In this document: piece by piece, positions 10,341-20,456 of the stretch
How the letters are laid out: the number at the start of each line of letters is the position of its first letter
Numbering within the stretch: the first letter of the stretch is position 1
Origin: an uncultured Pseudomonadales bacterium
GTDB taxonomy: Bacteria; Pseudomonadota; Gammaproteobacteria; Pseudomonadales; UBA7434
DNA: 64,000 nt
Assembly (NCBI GenBank): GCA_905478995.1
Contig: CAJQKT010000038.1
Coordinates: 5,935-69,934, forward strand
Direction: 5' to 3'
Made by a program: the position numbers and the translations under genes
Notes under the pieces: model-generated
The model's database searches: none
The model's input: only the letters and a program-made list of their open reading frames with translations
Told to the model about the DNA's origin: nothing

Positions 10341-10860
10341 CGGCACCGGCTGACACTTCATTGAGTGCATCGGCGAGTCTTGCATCTGACACGTTGCTCA
10401 AGGTCGAAGACTCAGCCGACAACCTATCAATCTCTTGGCGAAACTCTTCGAGGTCTTGAAAGCTTCTGTAGACTGAAGCAAAGCGAACATAAGCAACGTG
10501 ATCAAGCTCACGCAACTGCTGCATAACCGCCTCACCAATTTTTAGTGAACTGACTTCGCGCTCACCCGTTGCCATCAGGCTATGCTTAATATGATGGATC
10601 GACGCTTCAATTTGCTCAACACTCACGGGCCGACGCTCTAGGGCTCGTAAAATACCTGCGCGCATCTTACCTTCATCAAATGGCTCGCGCACATCATTTT
10701 GTTTTATGACTTTAGGCAATAAAAGTTCAGCCGTTTCATAGGTGGTGAAACGCTCCGAACAAGCCTGGCACTCCCGCCTACGACGCACCTGATCACCCTC
10801 GGCAACCAGGCGCGAGTCAATAACTTTGGTATCTTCGATGGCACAAAACGGACAACGCAT
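10330..10860 (-). CDS. nrdR: Transcriptional repressor NrdR (zinc ribbon + ATP-cone)
   Basis: It has MRCPFC....KVIDSR, RRRREC..C..RFTT.E and ATP-cone AYVRFASVY. Confidence 0.95.
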   Translation of the reverse strand: MRCPFCAIEDTKVIDSRLVAEGDQVRRRRECQACSERFTTYETAELLLPKVIKQNDVREPFDEGKMRAGILRALERRPVSVEQIEASIHHIKHSLMATGEREVSSLKIGEAVMQQLRELDHVAYVRFASVYRSFQDLEEFRQEIDRLSAESSTLSNVSDARLADALNEVSAGADDD

Positions 10861-10934
10861 ATCGTTTGGCTCTTAGGGTTAGCTAGTTTGCTTGCGAACA
10901 GACCTCTGAAAAAGCGGCCCAAATGACTCCTGCC

Positions 10935-12188
10935 TTAACCATAAACTGGAAAGCGAGCACATAGCTCTGCGACTTGACCACGTACACGATCGATGACCTG
11001 CTGGTTATTAACATCCTCAAGGATGTCACACATCCAACCAGTAAGCTCGATCACCTCGGCTTCTTTAAATCCGCGCGTGGTTATGGCCGGCGTTCCCACT
11101 CGTAAACCACTGGTGATAAATGGTGAGCGAGGATCATTGGGCACTGCATTTTTGTTCACGGTAATGTGCGCCGCTCCCAATGCCGCATCGGCGTCTTTAC
11201 CGGTGTAATCTTTACCAACAAGGTCAACCAGCATTAGATGATTTTCTGTGCCACCAGACACAATATTTATGCCCCGCTGGATAAACGTGTTAGCCATGGC
11301 CTTCGCATTGACAACAACTTGTTTTTGGTACTCTTTAAAATCATCGCCCATTGCTTCTTTAAAGCTGACTGCCTTAGCAGCAATAACATGCATTAAAGGG
11401 CCTCCCTGACCGCCAGGAAAAACTGCTGAATTGAATTTCTTTTCTAGCTCTGGGTTGGCTTTGGCCAAAATAATGCCGCCGCGAGGTCCGCGCAATGTTT
11501 TGTGCGTAGTTGATGTGACCACATCAGCATACGGCACCGGACTAGGGTATGCGCCGCCCGCAACGAGTCCTGCAACGTGGGCCATATCAACCAACAAATA
11601 AGCGCCCACTTTATCGGCTATCTCTCTAAAGCGCGCCCAATCAACTATGCCCGAGTAGGCAGAAAAACCAGCAATGATCATTTTGGGCTTATGCTCAAGC
11701 GCCAGCGCCTCAACCTCTTCATAGTCAATTTCACCGGTTGCAGCATTCAACCCGTACTGTACGGCATTGTATGTTTTACCTGAAAAGTTTGGCTTGGCCC
11801 CATGGGTAAGGTGCCCGCCAGCATCAAGGCTCATACCCAGTACCGTATCGCCGGCATCAAGCAGCGCCATATAAACAGCCGAATTAGCCTGCGAACCTGA
11901 GTGAGGCTGTACGTTGGCATAGTCTGCACCAAACAGCTGCTTAGCGCGCGCGCAAGCGAGGTCTTCGGCTTTGTCCACGTGCTCACAGCCACCGTAGTAG
12001 CGCTTACCCGAATAACCTTCGGCATATTTGTTAGTAAGAGCCGTACCTTGGGCTTCCATAACGCGCGGGCTGCAATAATTCTCTGATGCGATCAGCTCAA
12101 TATGGTCTTCCTGCCGCTGCTCTTCAGCAGCTATAGCATCAGCCAACTCAGGGTCAAAACCGGCGACAGTCATACTTTTGTCGAACAT
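10935..12188 (-). CDS. glyA: Serine hydroxymethyltransferase
   Basis: It has IELIASENY, the [16 protein letters not shown]-lysine motif and full-length collinearity with GlyA. Confidence 0.97.
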   Translation of the reverse strand: MFDKSMTVAGFDPELADAIAAEEQRQEDHIELIASENYCSPRVMEAQGTALTNKYAEGYSGKRYYGGCEHVDKAEDLACARAKQLFGADYANVQPHSGSQANSAVYMALLDAGDTVLGMSLDAGGHLTHGAKPNFSGKTYNAVQYGLNAATGEIDYEEVEALALEHKPKMIIAGFSAYSGIVDWARFREIADKVGAYLLVDMAHVAGLVAGGAYPSPVPYADVVTSTTHKTLRGPRGGIILAKANPELEKKFNSAVFPGGQGGPLMHVIAAKAVSFKEAMGDDFKEYQKQVVVNAKAMANTFIQRGINIVSGGTENHLMLVDLVGKDYTGKDADAALGAAHITVNKNAVPNDPRSPFITSGLRVGTPAITTRGFKEAEVIELTGWMCDILEDVNNQQVIDRVRGQVAELCARFPVYG

Positions 12189-12290
12189 TTACTTACTCCG
12201 TATGGTCAGCTGCGCAGGTTGGCGCAGCAATGAGAAGATTAACGTGATCAAACGCGCCCCCCCGTGAGCCAAGAACAGGCACGGCGGGTC

Positions 12291-12322
12291 AAAAAAGAGC
12301 GCGCATTTTACCCAAAGCGCTC
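12291..12322 (-). terminator. Probable rho-independent terminator after the small OMP gene
   Basis: On the minus strand, the stem GAGCGC...GCGCTC is followed by TTTTTT. It sits about 120 nt downstream of the stop at 12442. Confidence 0.45.
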
Positions 12323-12441
12323 ACGGAAAACTATGCTAATACTGGGCAGAATTATTACGTTTGGCACCTCCGAAAGGACTACAAAGCTGTGGCAATAAGG
12401 TTTATCGCGCCGTATTAACCTCCAAAGCTGCCTGGGGACGG

Positions 12442-13125
12442 CTAAAAAACAAAAACCAGCCCCGCCATCACCTCATATTGCCACCAAATATCACTATTTA
12501 CCCTAGCTACACATCCATCTGCACAAAAAATACTCGCTTGAGGGCCTAAGAAAGTAGCTAGGGCTCGTGCATCTAGGCGCAAACCCACACTGGAGGTGAT
12601 CGGCCAGCGAAAACCACCCGCAATAGCCATTGAAAACTTATTCAAGGCATCGAGCCCGTCCGGCTCAAATCGAGCCAAGCCAGCGGTGGCGCCGACATAG
12701 GGAGCCAAAGTCGTGCCAGCCTGCGCCAGCTCATAGGTGCCGCCCACGTGTAAATAATAAACGGGCATGTTAACCACAGTGCGCAGGCCCTCTGCAAGCG
12801 TGTGGATTTCGAGCTGCGAGTCTGTTTTAGCCGCATAATATTCATAATGCAGCCGATCATCACCTCGATACTCTTGCAGATGGTTAACGATGAGTGCAAA
12901 ACTCTCACCACTGCTAATGGCGAGATCAAATTCATCCGCCTCAGCGCTGCTAATGTTGCTGCTATTCGCTGCCACTCCGGCCAGCAACGAGACCTCCCAA
13001 ATAGCGAGCTCGCCCCGATCAGCATGAGCCAATGAGACAAGCTGCAGACCAACCAAACCAAACAATCGAGCCACCCGAACACAGTATGCGCGGCGCAAGC
13101 CCATTGAAAACCTTCGACTATGCAT
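12442..13125 (-). CDS. Small outer-membrane beta-barrel protein (OmpW/OprG-like or porin-family hypothetical)
   Basis: It has a signal peptide (..LVSLAHA), alternating amphipathic beta-strand pattern, and the C-terminal aromatic signature ..AGLVFVF. The overlapping 165-aa ORF in another frame was rejected. Confidence 0.55.
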   Translation of the reverse strand: MHSRRFSMGLRRAYCVRVARLFGLVGLQLVSLAHADRGELAIWEVSLLAGVAANSSNISSAEADEFDLAISSGESFALIVNHLQEYRGDDRLHYEYYAAKTDSQLEIHTLAEGLRTVVNMPVYYLHVGGTYELAQAGTTLAPYVGATAGLARFEPDGLDALNKFSMAIAGGFRWPITSSVGLRLDARALATFLGPQASIFCADGCVARVNSDIWWQYEVMAGLVFVF

Positions 13126-13319
13126 AGTATTAACGCCACTTATTGCTCAATATAAATCAACTTCGCCTTGGCCGCGCATGGTCAATTATTTTGCTCCAAT
13201 GACGAGAGGCAACTTCTAGCTTTTTAATCCACTACAACGCTTGAGACTTAGTAAGACATGGCAAGCAATGATAGTATTCATATGACATCATACCCTTGAA
13301 TAACAGCACTGATAAAACT

Positions 13320-14981
13320 ATGGCTCAATACGTATACACCATGAACCGCGTTGGCAAAATAGTGCCGCCTAAGCGTGAAATACTTAAAGATATTTCGCTA
13401 TCTTTTTTCCCTGGCGCAAAAATTGGCGTTCTGGGTCTCAATGGCTCAGGCAAATCCAGCTTGCTTCGCATTATGGCCGGCATTGATACTGACTACCTTG
13501 GTGAAGCGCGGCCTCAACCCGACTTGAATATTGGCTACCTGGCGCAAGAACCAGAGCTGGATCCCAACAAGGATGTGCGCGGCAATGTGGAAGACGGCTT
13601 GGGCGAAATAGCCGAGGCTCAGCAGAAGCTTGATGCTGTGTACTCAGCCTATGCCGAGCCAGACGCTGACTTTGATGCGCTTGCCAAAGAGCAGCAGCGG
13701 CTAGAAAATATTTTGCAGGCCAATGACGCACACAACCTCGAACACAAACTTGAAGTAGCGGCCGATGCACTGCGCTTACCCGCATGGGACGCCGATATCA
13801 GCAATCTCTCAGGAGGTGAGCGACGCCGCGTGGCTTTGTGTCGCCTACTCATGTCAAACCCCGACATGCTATTGCTCGACGAGCCCACCAACCATCTCGA
13901 TGCTGAGAGTGTGCACTGGCTAGAGCACTTTCTGGAAGACTACCCTGGAACCGTCGTAGCGATCACGCACGACCGCTACTTTCTCGACAATGCCGCAGGC
14001 TGGATTCTAGAGCTTGACCGAGGTCGCGGAATCCCATACGAAGGAAATTATTCCGCATGGCTTGAGCAAAAAGAACAGCGCCTAGCCATGGAAGAAAAAC
14101 AAGAAGCATCACGACAGAAGAGTATCAAAGCTGAGCTCGAGTGGGTTCGTGCCAACCCTAAAGGGCGGCATGCAAAAAACAAGGCTCGCCTGCAACGCTT
14201 TGACGAAATGAATTCACAAGAATTCCAACGCCGCAGCGAAACCAATGAAATCTATATTCCACCGGGCGACAGACTCGGAGACAGCGTCATTGAACTTGTC
14301 GACGTTGCCAAAGCCTATGCAGGAAAAGAATTATTTGAGCAGCTTTCTTTTAACGTACCGAAGGGCGCTATCGTTGGAATTATTGGTGGCAATGGTGCAG
14401 GCAAATCAACTTTATTTAGAATGATAACCGGCCAAGAAAAACCCGATAGCGGTGAAATAAAAATCGGCGAGACGGTCAAGATAGCCCACGTTGAGCAAAT
14501 GCGCGATGAACTGCAAAACGATAAAACTGTCTGGGAAGCTGTTTCTAGCGGCCATGAAAATATACAAATTGGCGGCTACGAAGTTTCCTCGCGCGCTTAC
14601 GTGGGTCGCTTTAACTTCAAAGGTAGCGACCAACAAAAACGGGTGGGCGATTTATCTGGCGGTGAGCGTGGGCGACTGCAACTGGCCTGCACGCTCAAAC
14701 AAGGGGGCAATGTTTTACTGCTTGACGAGCCCTCGAACGATCTCGATGTTGAAACGCTCAGGGCACTTGAAGAGGCGCTACTCACCTTTCCTGGCAGCGC
14801 ACTAATCATCTCTCACGATCGCTGGTTTCTTGATAGAGTGTGCACCCATATTTTAGCTTACGAAGGAAATTCCGAAACTATCTTTTTTGAAGGAAACTAC
14901 ACCGAGTACCATGAGGATTTTGTTGCTCGAAAAGGCGCAGATGCGCAACCTACGCGAGTCCGGTATAAGAAACTTGCCTGA
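13320..14981 (+). CDS. ettA: Energy-dependent translational throttle protein EttA (ABC-F ATPase)
   Basis: The ATG at 13320 gives MAQYVYTMNRVGKIVPPKR.ILKDISLSFFPGAKIGVLGLNGSGKSS, almost identical to the remembered E. coli EttA N-terminus. It has two Walker A / LSGGE signature sets. The track start at 13296 is a TTG. Confidence 0.95.
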   Translation: MAQYVYTMNRVGKIVPPKREILKDISLSFFPGAKIGVLGLNGSGKSSLLRIMAGIDTDYLGEARPQPDLNIGYLAQEPELDPNKDVRGNVEDGLGEIAEAQQKLDAVYSAYAEPDADFDALAKEQQRLENILQANDAHNLEHKLEVAADALRLPAWDADISNLSGGERRRVALCRLLMSNPDMLLLDEPTNHLDAESVHWLEHFLEDYPGTVVAITHDRYFLDNAAGWILELDRGRGIPYEGNYSAWLEQKEQRLAMEEKQEASRQKSIKAELEWVRANPKGRHAKNKARLQRFDEMNSQEFQRRSETNEIYIPPGDRLGDSVIELVDVAKAYAGKELFEQLSFNVPKGAIVGIIGGNGAGKSTLFRMITGQEKPDSGEIKIGETVKIAHVEQMRDELQNDKTVWEAVSSGHENIQIGGYEVSSRAYVGRFNFKGSDQQKRVGDLSGGERGRLQLACTLKQGGNVLLLDEPSNDLDVETLRALEEALLTFPGSALIISHDRWFLDRVCTHILAYEGNSETIFFEGNYTEYHEDFVARKGADAQPTRVRYKKLA

Positions 14982-15300
14982 TGAACCGTCTTTTGAAAGA
15001 TAAATAAAATCTTAATTGCACAAACTCTTACGAAAACATGCCGCGCGGCTTTGTGACGCGCATCACAGTTTGCACTTCTTTAAATATGCCGGCTAAACAC
15101 CGGCGCAGCAACAAAGCATTATTTAAGGCAACTAACCACAACTAGCTTGCCTTTTTGACCTATATCCACCTCGACTCCCCGCACTACCGCTACTCAATAT
15201 AATCAGCCTTAAAACTCGCATATAAGCCACTAAGAGCTACTCTTATAGAGCAGCGTCAAAACAAGTATTACATAGCGCTGCGCCACAATGTCAGAAAAAA

Positions 15301-17445
15301 ATGAGCTTAGAGATACTGAAAATGCCACACAACTATGGGAACGAAGCGCTTAACACTCCTAAGCAGACGGACGACGCCCAACTCGCAAAAATGATGCGCA
15401 CTGCTATTGACGCAGTAATAACAGTTAATCGATCACTGGAGTTAGTAGCTCAAGTAAATATTGAGTTGCTGCAATCCGAAGGGGCCGACATCGCACCAAC
15501 TGCCACGGTCGTATTTCGTGAATTTCTGCACAGTTTGAGTGAACAATCGCTCAATGAATTGCAATATCTAGCAAGAAAAACTCGCCTCGGCGGCAAACCC
15601 GCAAACATTCAAGTCCAATGTGAACAAGGCCATCAGCACACACAATATGAAATTTATATTCAGCCACTTGACGGAAGCCAAGTCGCTACTGACGAATGCG
15701 TACTTCACATTCGTCAGTCTGCATCTCCGATAAGAATCAGCGCACCCAAAGATTACGAATACATCTCCAACGCGCAATTGATGTACGACATGATTGAAAT
15801 ATCCAGCGATGCCATTGTGGTCTTTGATGGAAAACAAAAAGTAAAACTTACTAATCCCGCTTTTCAAAAGCTCATTTCTAAAGATATCGAAGAACTGCAT
15901 TGCGCCAGTGATATTGAATTTTTTGATATGCATGAAAAAAGTCTAGACAATCAAATATGGCAGACTCTTTTTTATGAAGGCCATTGGAGCGGTGAAGTTT
16001 ATACTCTAAAAAAAGGCAGGGCGAGAATTCCTTTTTGGCTAACGGTTGACTCACTTAATCATGGTGACAATATCGCCACGCATTATCTTTTCTCTCTGCG
16101 AGATATTTCCGAACTCAAAGACACACAGGCCGCACTAGAGCATCACGCAGCACACGACCAGCTCACCGGCCTACCTAACCGTGGAGTTTTTCTCAACCAT
16201 CTGGAAAAATCCTCCGAGCGCGCCAAGCGACAAAAAACATCGGGGGCATTGCTTTTCATCGACCTCGATAATTTCAAAATGATCAACGACATCCAAGGAC
16301 ACTTGGTTGGTGATGTAGTGCTATTAATGGTTGCCACTCGGCTGAAAAAGATATTTCGAAATGGCGAATTAATTTCTCGAGTTGGCGGCGATGAGTTCAC
16401 CCTCATCGCAGAGGACGTACAAAGCCAAAGTAATGCCGCTCTCATTGCCCAGCGTATTTTGCAAGAACTATCAGTACCTTTTCAAATAGAAGATGACGAA
16501 ATTGAAGTGCAATGTAGTATCGGTATTTGCCTGTTTCCTCATGAAAATGCCAACACCACCCAGCTTATCAAGCAAGCCGATACTGCAATGTACGCTGCGA
16601 AAGCCGGTGGCAAAAACAACTTCCAACTTTTCGACTCCGACTTCACAAAAGAGACCACCCGACTTTTTTTGATTGAAAAGCATTTACGTAGCGCGATTAG
16701 AAATAAAGAATTATCACTGAACTACCAACCACAGTACGACATGCAAACAGGCTTAGTTATTGGAGCCGAAGTGCTTTTGCGCTGGAATAGCAAAGAGCTT
16801 GGACCCATCTCTCCTGCAGTTTTTATCCCTATATGTGAAACGATGGGCTTGATTGAAGAAGTCGGTTACTGGGTACTCGACAATGTCTGCCAACAAATAA
16901 GCGTGTGGAAAAAATTCTCGAGCACCCCATGTATTATGTCCGTGAATGCGTCTCGATTGCAGCTGGAAAAACCTGATTTCGTTAAAAACGTAGTCGCATG
17001 TTTTGACAAACACAAAATCGCCGGATCCCAGATCGAGATTGAAGTCACTGAAAATGCGTTTACTAGCTCTGAAAAAATCATGATAAAGAACTTAGATGCG
17101 CTACGAAAAATGGGTTGTAAAATTGCAATCGACGACTTCGGAACCGGCTACTCATCGCTTTCTAACTTGCAAACGCTACCGCTTGACCGCCTCAAAATAG
17201 ATCGCTCTTTTGTCGAAAAGATTGAGTATGACCAAAATGCCGTTACGATAGCATCGGCGGTAGTATCGTTAGGCAAGAGTCTAGGCCTTGAAATTATTGC
17301 AGAAGGTGTCGAAACTAAAGAGCAAGCTCGTGAGCTTATGAAGATGGGTTGCATTCAGGCACAAGGATACTACTACGGGCGACCTGTTGAAGCCGCGGTT
17401 TTCAATAGCCAGCATTTGAAAAAACAGGCGGCTAAGCACGCTTAG
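15301..17445 (+). CDS. Cyclic-di-GMP signalling protein: unknown N-terminal region, then PAS, GGDEF and EAL domains
   Basis: It has a PAS-like segment (MIEISSDAIVVFD..), RVGGDEFTL (intact GGDEF), an EAL domain with the EVLLRW variant, EVTE, DDFGTGYSSL and QGYYYGRP. Confidence 0.9.
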   Translation: MSLEILKMPHNYGNEALNTPKQTDDAQLAKMMRTAIDAVITVNRSLELVAQVNIELLQSEGADIAPTATVVFREFLHSLSEQSLNELQYLARKTRLGGKPANIQVQCEQGHQHTQYEIYIQPLDGSQVATDECVLHIRQSASPIRISAPKDYEYISNAQLMYDMIEISSDAIVVFDGKQKVKLTNPAFQKLISKDIEELHCASDIEFFDMHEKSLDNQIWQTLFYEGHWSGEVYTLKKGRARIPFWLTVDSLNHGDNIATHYLFSLRDISELKDTQAALEHHAAHDQLTGLPNRGVFLNHLEKSSERAKRQKTSGALLFIDLDNFKMINDIQGHLVGDVVLLMVATRLKKIFRNGELISRVGGDEFTLIAEDVQSQSNAALIAQRILQELSVPFQIEDDEIEVQCSIGICLFPHENANTTQLIKQADTAMYAAKAGGKNNFQLFDSDFTKETTRLFLIEKHLRSAIRNKELSLNYQPQYDMQTGLVIGAEVLLRWNSKELGPISPAVFIPICETMGLIEEVGYWVLDNVCQQISVWKKFSSTPCIMSVNASRLQLEKPDFVKNVVACFDKHKIAGSQIEIEVTENAFTSSEKIMIKNLDALRKMGCKIAIDDFGTGYSSLSNLQTLPLDRLKIDRSFVEKIEYDQNAVTIASAVVSLGKSLGLEIIAEGVETKEQARELMKMGCIQAQGYYYGRPVEAAVFNSQHLKKQAAKHA

Positions 17446-17450
17446 CCGCC
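17419..17450 (-). terminator. Rho-independent terminator for radA, embedded in the 3' end of the convergent GGDEF-EAL gene
   Basis: A perfect 10-bp stem GGCGGCTAAG/CTTAGCCGCC has loop CACG. On the minus strand it is followed by TGTTTTTTC. It starts 17 nt beyond the radA stop and spans the TAG stop (17443-17445) of the plus-strand gene. Confidence 0.6.
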
Positions 17451-17466
17451 TGCAACTCGCAGCGCA

Positions 17467-18825
17467 CTAAATTAATTCAAGCGCCTCGCTCAACCAATTC
17501 ACTCCATGAACCTGCATACCTTCAATAGCCTGCTTAGGCTTGTTTGCCATCGGTACGATCGCGCGGTCGAACCCATGCTTTGCAGCTTCAAAAATTCGTT
17601 CCTGCCCACTCGTCACTGGGCGTATTTCGCCAGACAGACCCACCTCACCAAAAACCACCAAACTTTTAGGAAAGCTTTGATCGCGAAAGCTAGACACTAC
17701 AGCCAGCAACAATGCTAAATCAGCACCAGTTTCTAACACTTTAACTCCACCCACAGCATTAACAAAAACGTCGGACGAACCCACTGCCAAGCCTCCATGC
17801 CTATGCAAAACAGCTAGCAACATAGCCAGCCTATTTTGATCGAGGCCAACGGCCACGCGGCGAGGATTTCCCGCCTGCGTATCATCGACCAGCGCCTGAA
17901 TCTCAACCAGCAGCGGCCGAGTGCCCTCCCACAAAACAACTACCACACTACCGGGCGAGTCAGCTTGGGCTCGGCTGAGAAAAATAGCCGACGGGTTTTT
18001 AACTTCACGCATGCCTTCTTCGGTCATCGCAAAAACACCCAATTCGTTAGCCGCGCCAAAGCGATTTTTTTGGCCTCGCAACATGCGGTAGCGGCTATCC
18101 GCCGAACCCTCTAACAGCACCGAACAGTCAATCATATGCTCTAAAACTTTTGGCCCCGCAAGACTGCCATCCTTTGTGACATGGCCGACTAAAAATACAA
18201 TAGTATTGGATTGCTTGGCAAAGCGCGTAATGGCGGCCGCGCACTCTCTTACTTGCGAAACGCTACCGGGCGCTGCGGGCAGCTCATCGCTATGCATAAC
18301 TTGAATGGAGTCAATGACCATGACCCGAGGCTTTTGCAAGCTAGCCGTAGCTAAAATAGTCTCAATGCTGGTTTCAGTCATCAACTGTAAATTGTCAGCA
18401 ACCAAGCCTAGGCGACGCGCACGCAGAGCGACCTGCTGCAAAGACTCCTCTCCGGTGACATACAAGGCTGCATAATTGCGCGCCAATATGCTCATGACTT
18501 GTAACAACAAAGTACTTTTACCCGCGCCTGGACTACCGCCGATTAAAATAGCAGAGCCGGCGACGAGACCACCGCCCAACACACGATCAAATTCTCCCAA
18601 GCCACTGGTGATACGTGGCACTTCAGCTAAATCGATATTATTCAACGTTTGAATCTGCGCAGCAGCTCCCGCAAAACCTACGGCGCGATGCTGCCCTGCC
18701 GAAGCACTCCCTAAATTCACTTGCGAGAGCGTATTCCAGGCACCGCAGTCGTCACATTGGCCTTGCCACTTGCGGTAATCGGAGCCGCAGTCTCCGCATA
18801 CAAATGCAGTTTTTGTTTTTGCCAT
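17467..18825 (-). CDS. radA: DNA repair protein RadA/Sms
   Basis: It has an N-terminal zinc finger (C.DCG....KW.G.C..C..WNT), Walker A GSPGAGKST, the KNRFG motif and a Lon-like C-terminal domain. Confidence 0.97.
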   Translation of the reverse strand: MAKTKTAFVCGDCGSDYRKWQGQCDDCGAWNTLSQVNLGSASAGQHRAVGFAGAAAQIQTLNNIDLAEVPRITSGLGEFDRVLGGGLVAGSAILIGGSPGAGKSTLLLQVMSILARNYAALYVTGEESLQQVALRARRLGLVADNLQLMTETSIETILATASLQKPRVMVIDSIQVMHSDELPAAPGSVSQVRECAAAITRFAKQSNTIVFLVGHVTKDGSLAGPKVLEHMIDCSVLLEGSADSRYRMLRGQKNRFGAANELGVFAMTEEGMREVKNPSAIFLSRAQADSPGSVVVVLWEGTRPLLVEIQALVDDTQAGNPRRVAVGLDQNRLAMLLAVLHRHGGLAVGSSDVFVNAVGGVKVLETGADLALLLAVVSSFRDQSFPKSLVVFGEVGLSGEIRPVTSGQERIFEAAKHGFDRAIVPMANKPKQAIEGMQVHGVNWLSEALELI

Positions 18826-19262
18826 TAACTACCTCTTAACAATATACATCCCAGGCTGGCCGGTCACTTCTGACAGTGTTTTATCGTGCACTTTCAAGCA
18901 CATAACGAAGCCAACCCGAATAGAAATTTAGCGATCAATATGGCTTTTGACCAGCCGCCCAATTTTGCACGCTATTGTACGCGGCAAAGCAACGGTTGTG
19001 GACGCAACCTGCCGCTAAACCTTTGCTCGCGCTGCGTATTAAAGCGAATTGTTTTTTCTGGCTTTGGTAGAGTTTCGCAGCTTCGTGCTTTAAACTAAGC
19101 CGCGATACGATGCCGTACTCACCGTGCAAGAACCCTTTATCTTATGCAAATATCCATTGATCTGGCTGCGCCGACAACAGCAGCGGTAATCCCTGTAAAA
19201 CCTGCCCAGAACCTACATTCCTGGATGCAATTATTAGCAAACAGCGATGGCCTGGCAAGATC

Positions 19263-20456
19263 ATGAGCCACTCGCTCATCCCTGAAAGACCCGTTCTGGT
19301 ATCGCCCTCATTAGCGGCGTCTATTGGTCTGGAAGAAGCCATTTTGCTTCAGCACCTAGAAGCTTGCTGCCAGTTCAGTAATGGCCATCCTAATAGCACT
19401 TCGGCAACAGCGAATGGCAACAGCCAATCGGCCTATGGGAAAAGTCATTTACCCCAGGGGTATCAATGGGCGCATCTTTCCCTGTCTGCACTTGCCGAGC
19501 AGCTGCCTTTTTGGACTCCCGCATCGGTGCGCCGTATTCTGCAAAGCCTTGTCGATTTAGGCATGCTCATTATCGATACACTACCATCAAGCGAAAGTCA
19601 TTCATTTGCCTTTGCCATCAATCAGCAATCAGCGGCAGAGCCTATAGCAGCGCCAAGGCGCTCAGCTCACCAACCCGGTTTGGGCGGACAAAAAATTGAT
19701 GCTCAGTGGCAACCTGATGCAGCCGTAATTACCCAGCTACAACAACAAGGCGTAGCGCCCTCCTTTATTTTGAGCGCTGTCGACGAATTCGTTTTGTACT
19801 GGCGCGAGCGCAATGAGATCTCACACAGCTGGTCGAGCAAATTTTTACAGCATGTAAACCGGCGCTGGCAACAAGATAAACAACATCAGCATGACCGCAC
19901 TGCGCGCCTAACACAACTATCTGCCAGCAACCCTCAAGGTATGCAGCCTAGCTGGCAACCTAGCATCGATGCAGTTGAAATATTATTGCGGATGGGCATC
20001 CATCAAAACTTTCTGGATGACGCCATAGCCGAGTTCGTGCTGTACTGGCAAGAGCGCGGCGATGCCCAAGCCACCTGGAACTCAAAGTTTGTCACGCATG
20101 TAAAAAGACAGTGGGCGCGCTACACGCACACGCTCAAACACGATACTGAGCCGGTCCCTATGTATGAAAACTGGCAACCGGATCATGAGGTATTTGATGT
20201 ATTAGCCATTGCCAATATTGAAGAACAGTTTGCTAAAGAACTTGTGCCAGAGTTCATGATGTACTGGCGTGACAAAAACGAATTACATCACTCATGGAAT
20301 ACTAAATTTCTACAGTATGTAAAACACCAATGGTCAAGAACCCATCAAGCTAAAGAGCACAATGCTAATGGAAAACATGGACAAACTGACGAAAAACGCC
20401 GCACGCGAGATCGCTCACTCCTCGAAGATCTCACCGACCGAAGCTGGGCAAACTAA
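19263..20456 (+). CDS. Replication-module protein: N-terminal wHTH-like region (lambda-O-like architecture) plus three tandem DnaT C-terminal (ssDNA-binding) domain repeats
   Basis: There are three repeats of about 55 aa (aa 149-203, 231-285, 304-358). Each reads WQP[DS]..... then EF[VM][LM]YW[RQ][ED][RK] then [ST]W[SN][ST]KF[LV].[HY]V[NK][RH][RQ]W. The remembered E. coli DnaT reads MYPDWQPDADF...[26 protein letters not shown]. Confidence 0.7.
   Translation: MSHSLIPERPVLVSPSLAASIGLEEAILLQHLEACCQFSNGHPNSTSATANGNSQSAYGKSHLPQGYQWAHLSLSALAEQLPFWTPASVRRILQSLVDLGMLIIDTLPSSESHSFAFAINQQSAAEPIAAPRRSAHQPGLGGQKIDAQWQPDAAVITQLQQQGVAPSFILSAVDEFVLYWRERNEISHSWSSKFLQHVNRRWQQDKQHQHDRTARLTQLSASNPQGMQPSWQPSIDAVEILLRMGIHQNFLDDAIAEFVLYWQERGDAQATWNSKFVTHVKRQWARYTHTLKHDTEPVPMYENWQPDHEVFDVLAIANIEEQFAKELVPEFMMYWRDKNELHHSWNTKFLQYVKHQWSRTHQAKEHNANGKHGQTDEKRRTRDRSLLEDLTDRSWAN

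Noticed and set aside
10341-10385. Longer ribD start at 10385 given by the ORF track
   Set aside because: It would overlap nrdR by 56 nt. The ATG at 10340 gives the common ATGACGACTAA-type nrdR/ribD junction and a family-typical N-terminus.
12189-12441. Possible riboswitch (ZTP/glycine/THF-type) or attenuator in the 250-nt glyA leader
   Set aside because: I saw only a terminator-like hairpin for the upstream OMP gene (12291-12322) and a 7-bp hairpin (GCTGCGC..GCGCAGC) near the RBS. No conserved riboswitch core sequence was recognisable by eye.
12642-13139. 165-aa ORF overlapping the small OMP gene in another frame
   Set aside because: The 227-aa frame has a signal peptide, amphipathic beta-strands and a C-terminal Phe typical of outer-membrane barrels. 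The alternative frame is Cys/Trp/Leu-rich with no such features.
18886-19098. 70-aa ORF with several cysteines in the radA / DnaT-like divergent region
   Set aside because: It has no convincing RBS. The cysteine spacing matches no zinc-ribbon or DUF1289 pattern that I know. It is opposed by an equally long ORF on the other strand. It is probably non-coding promoter DNA.
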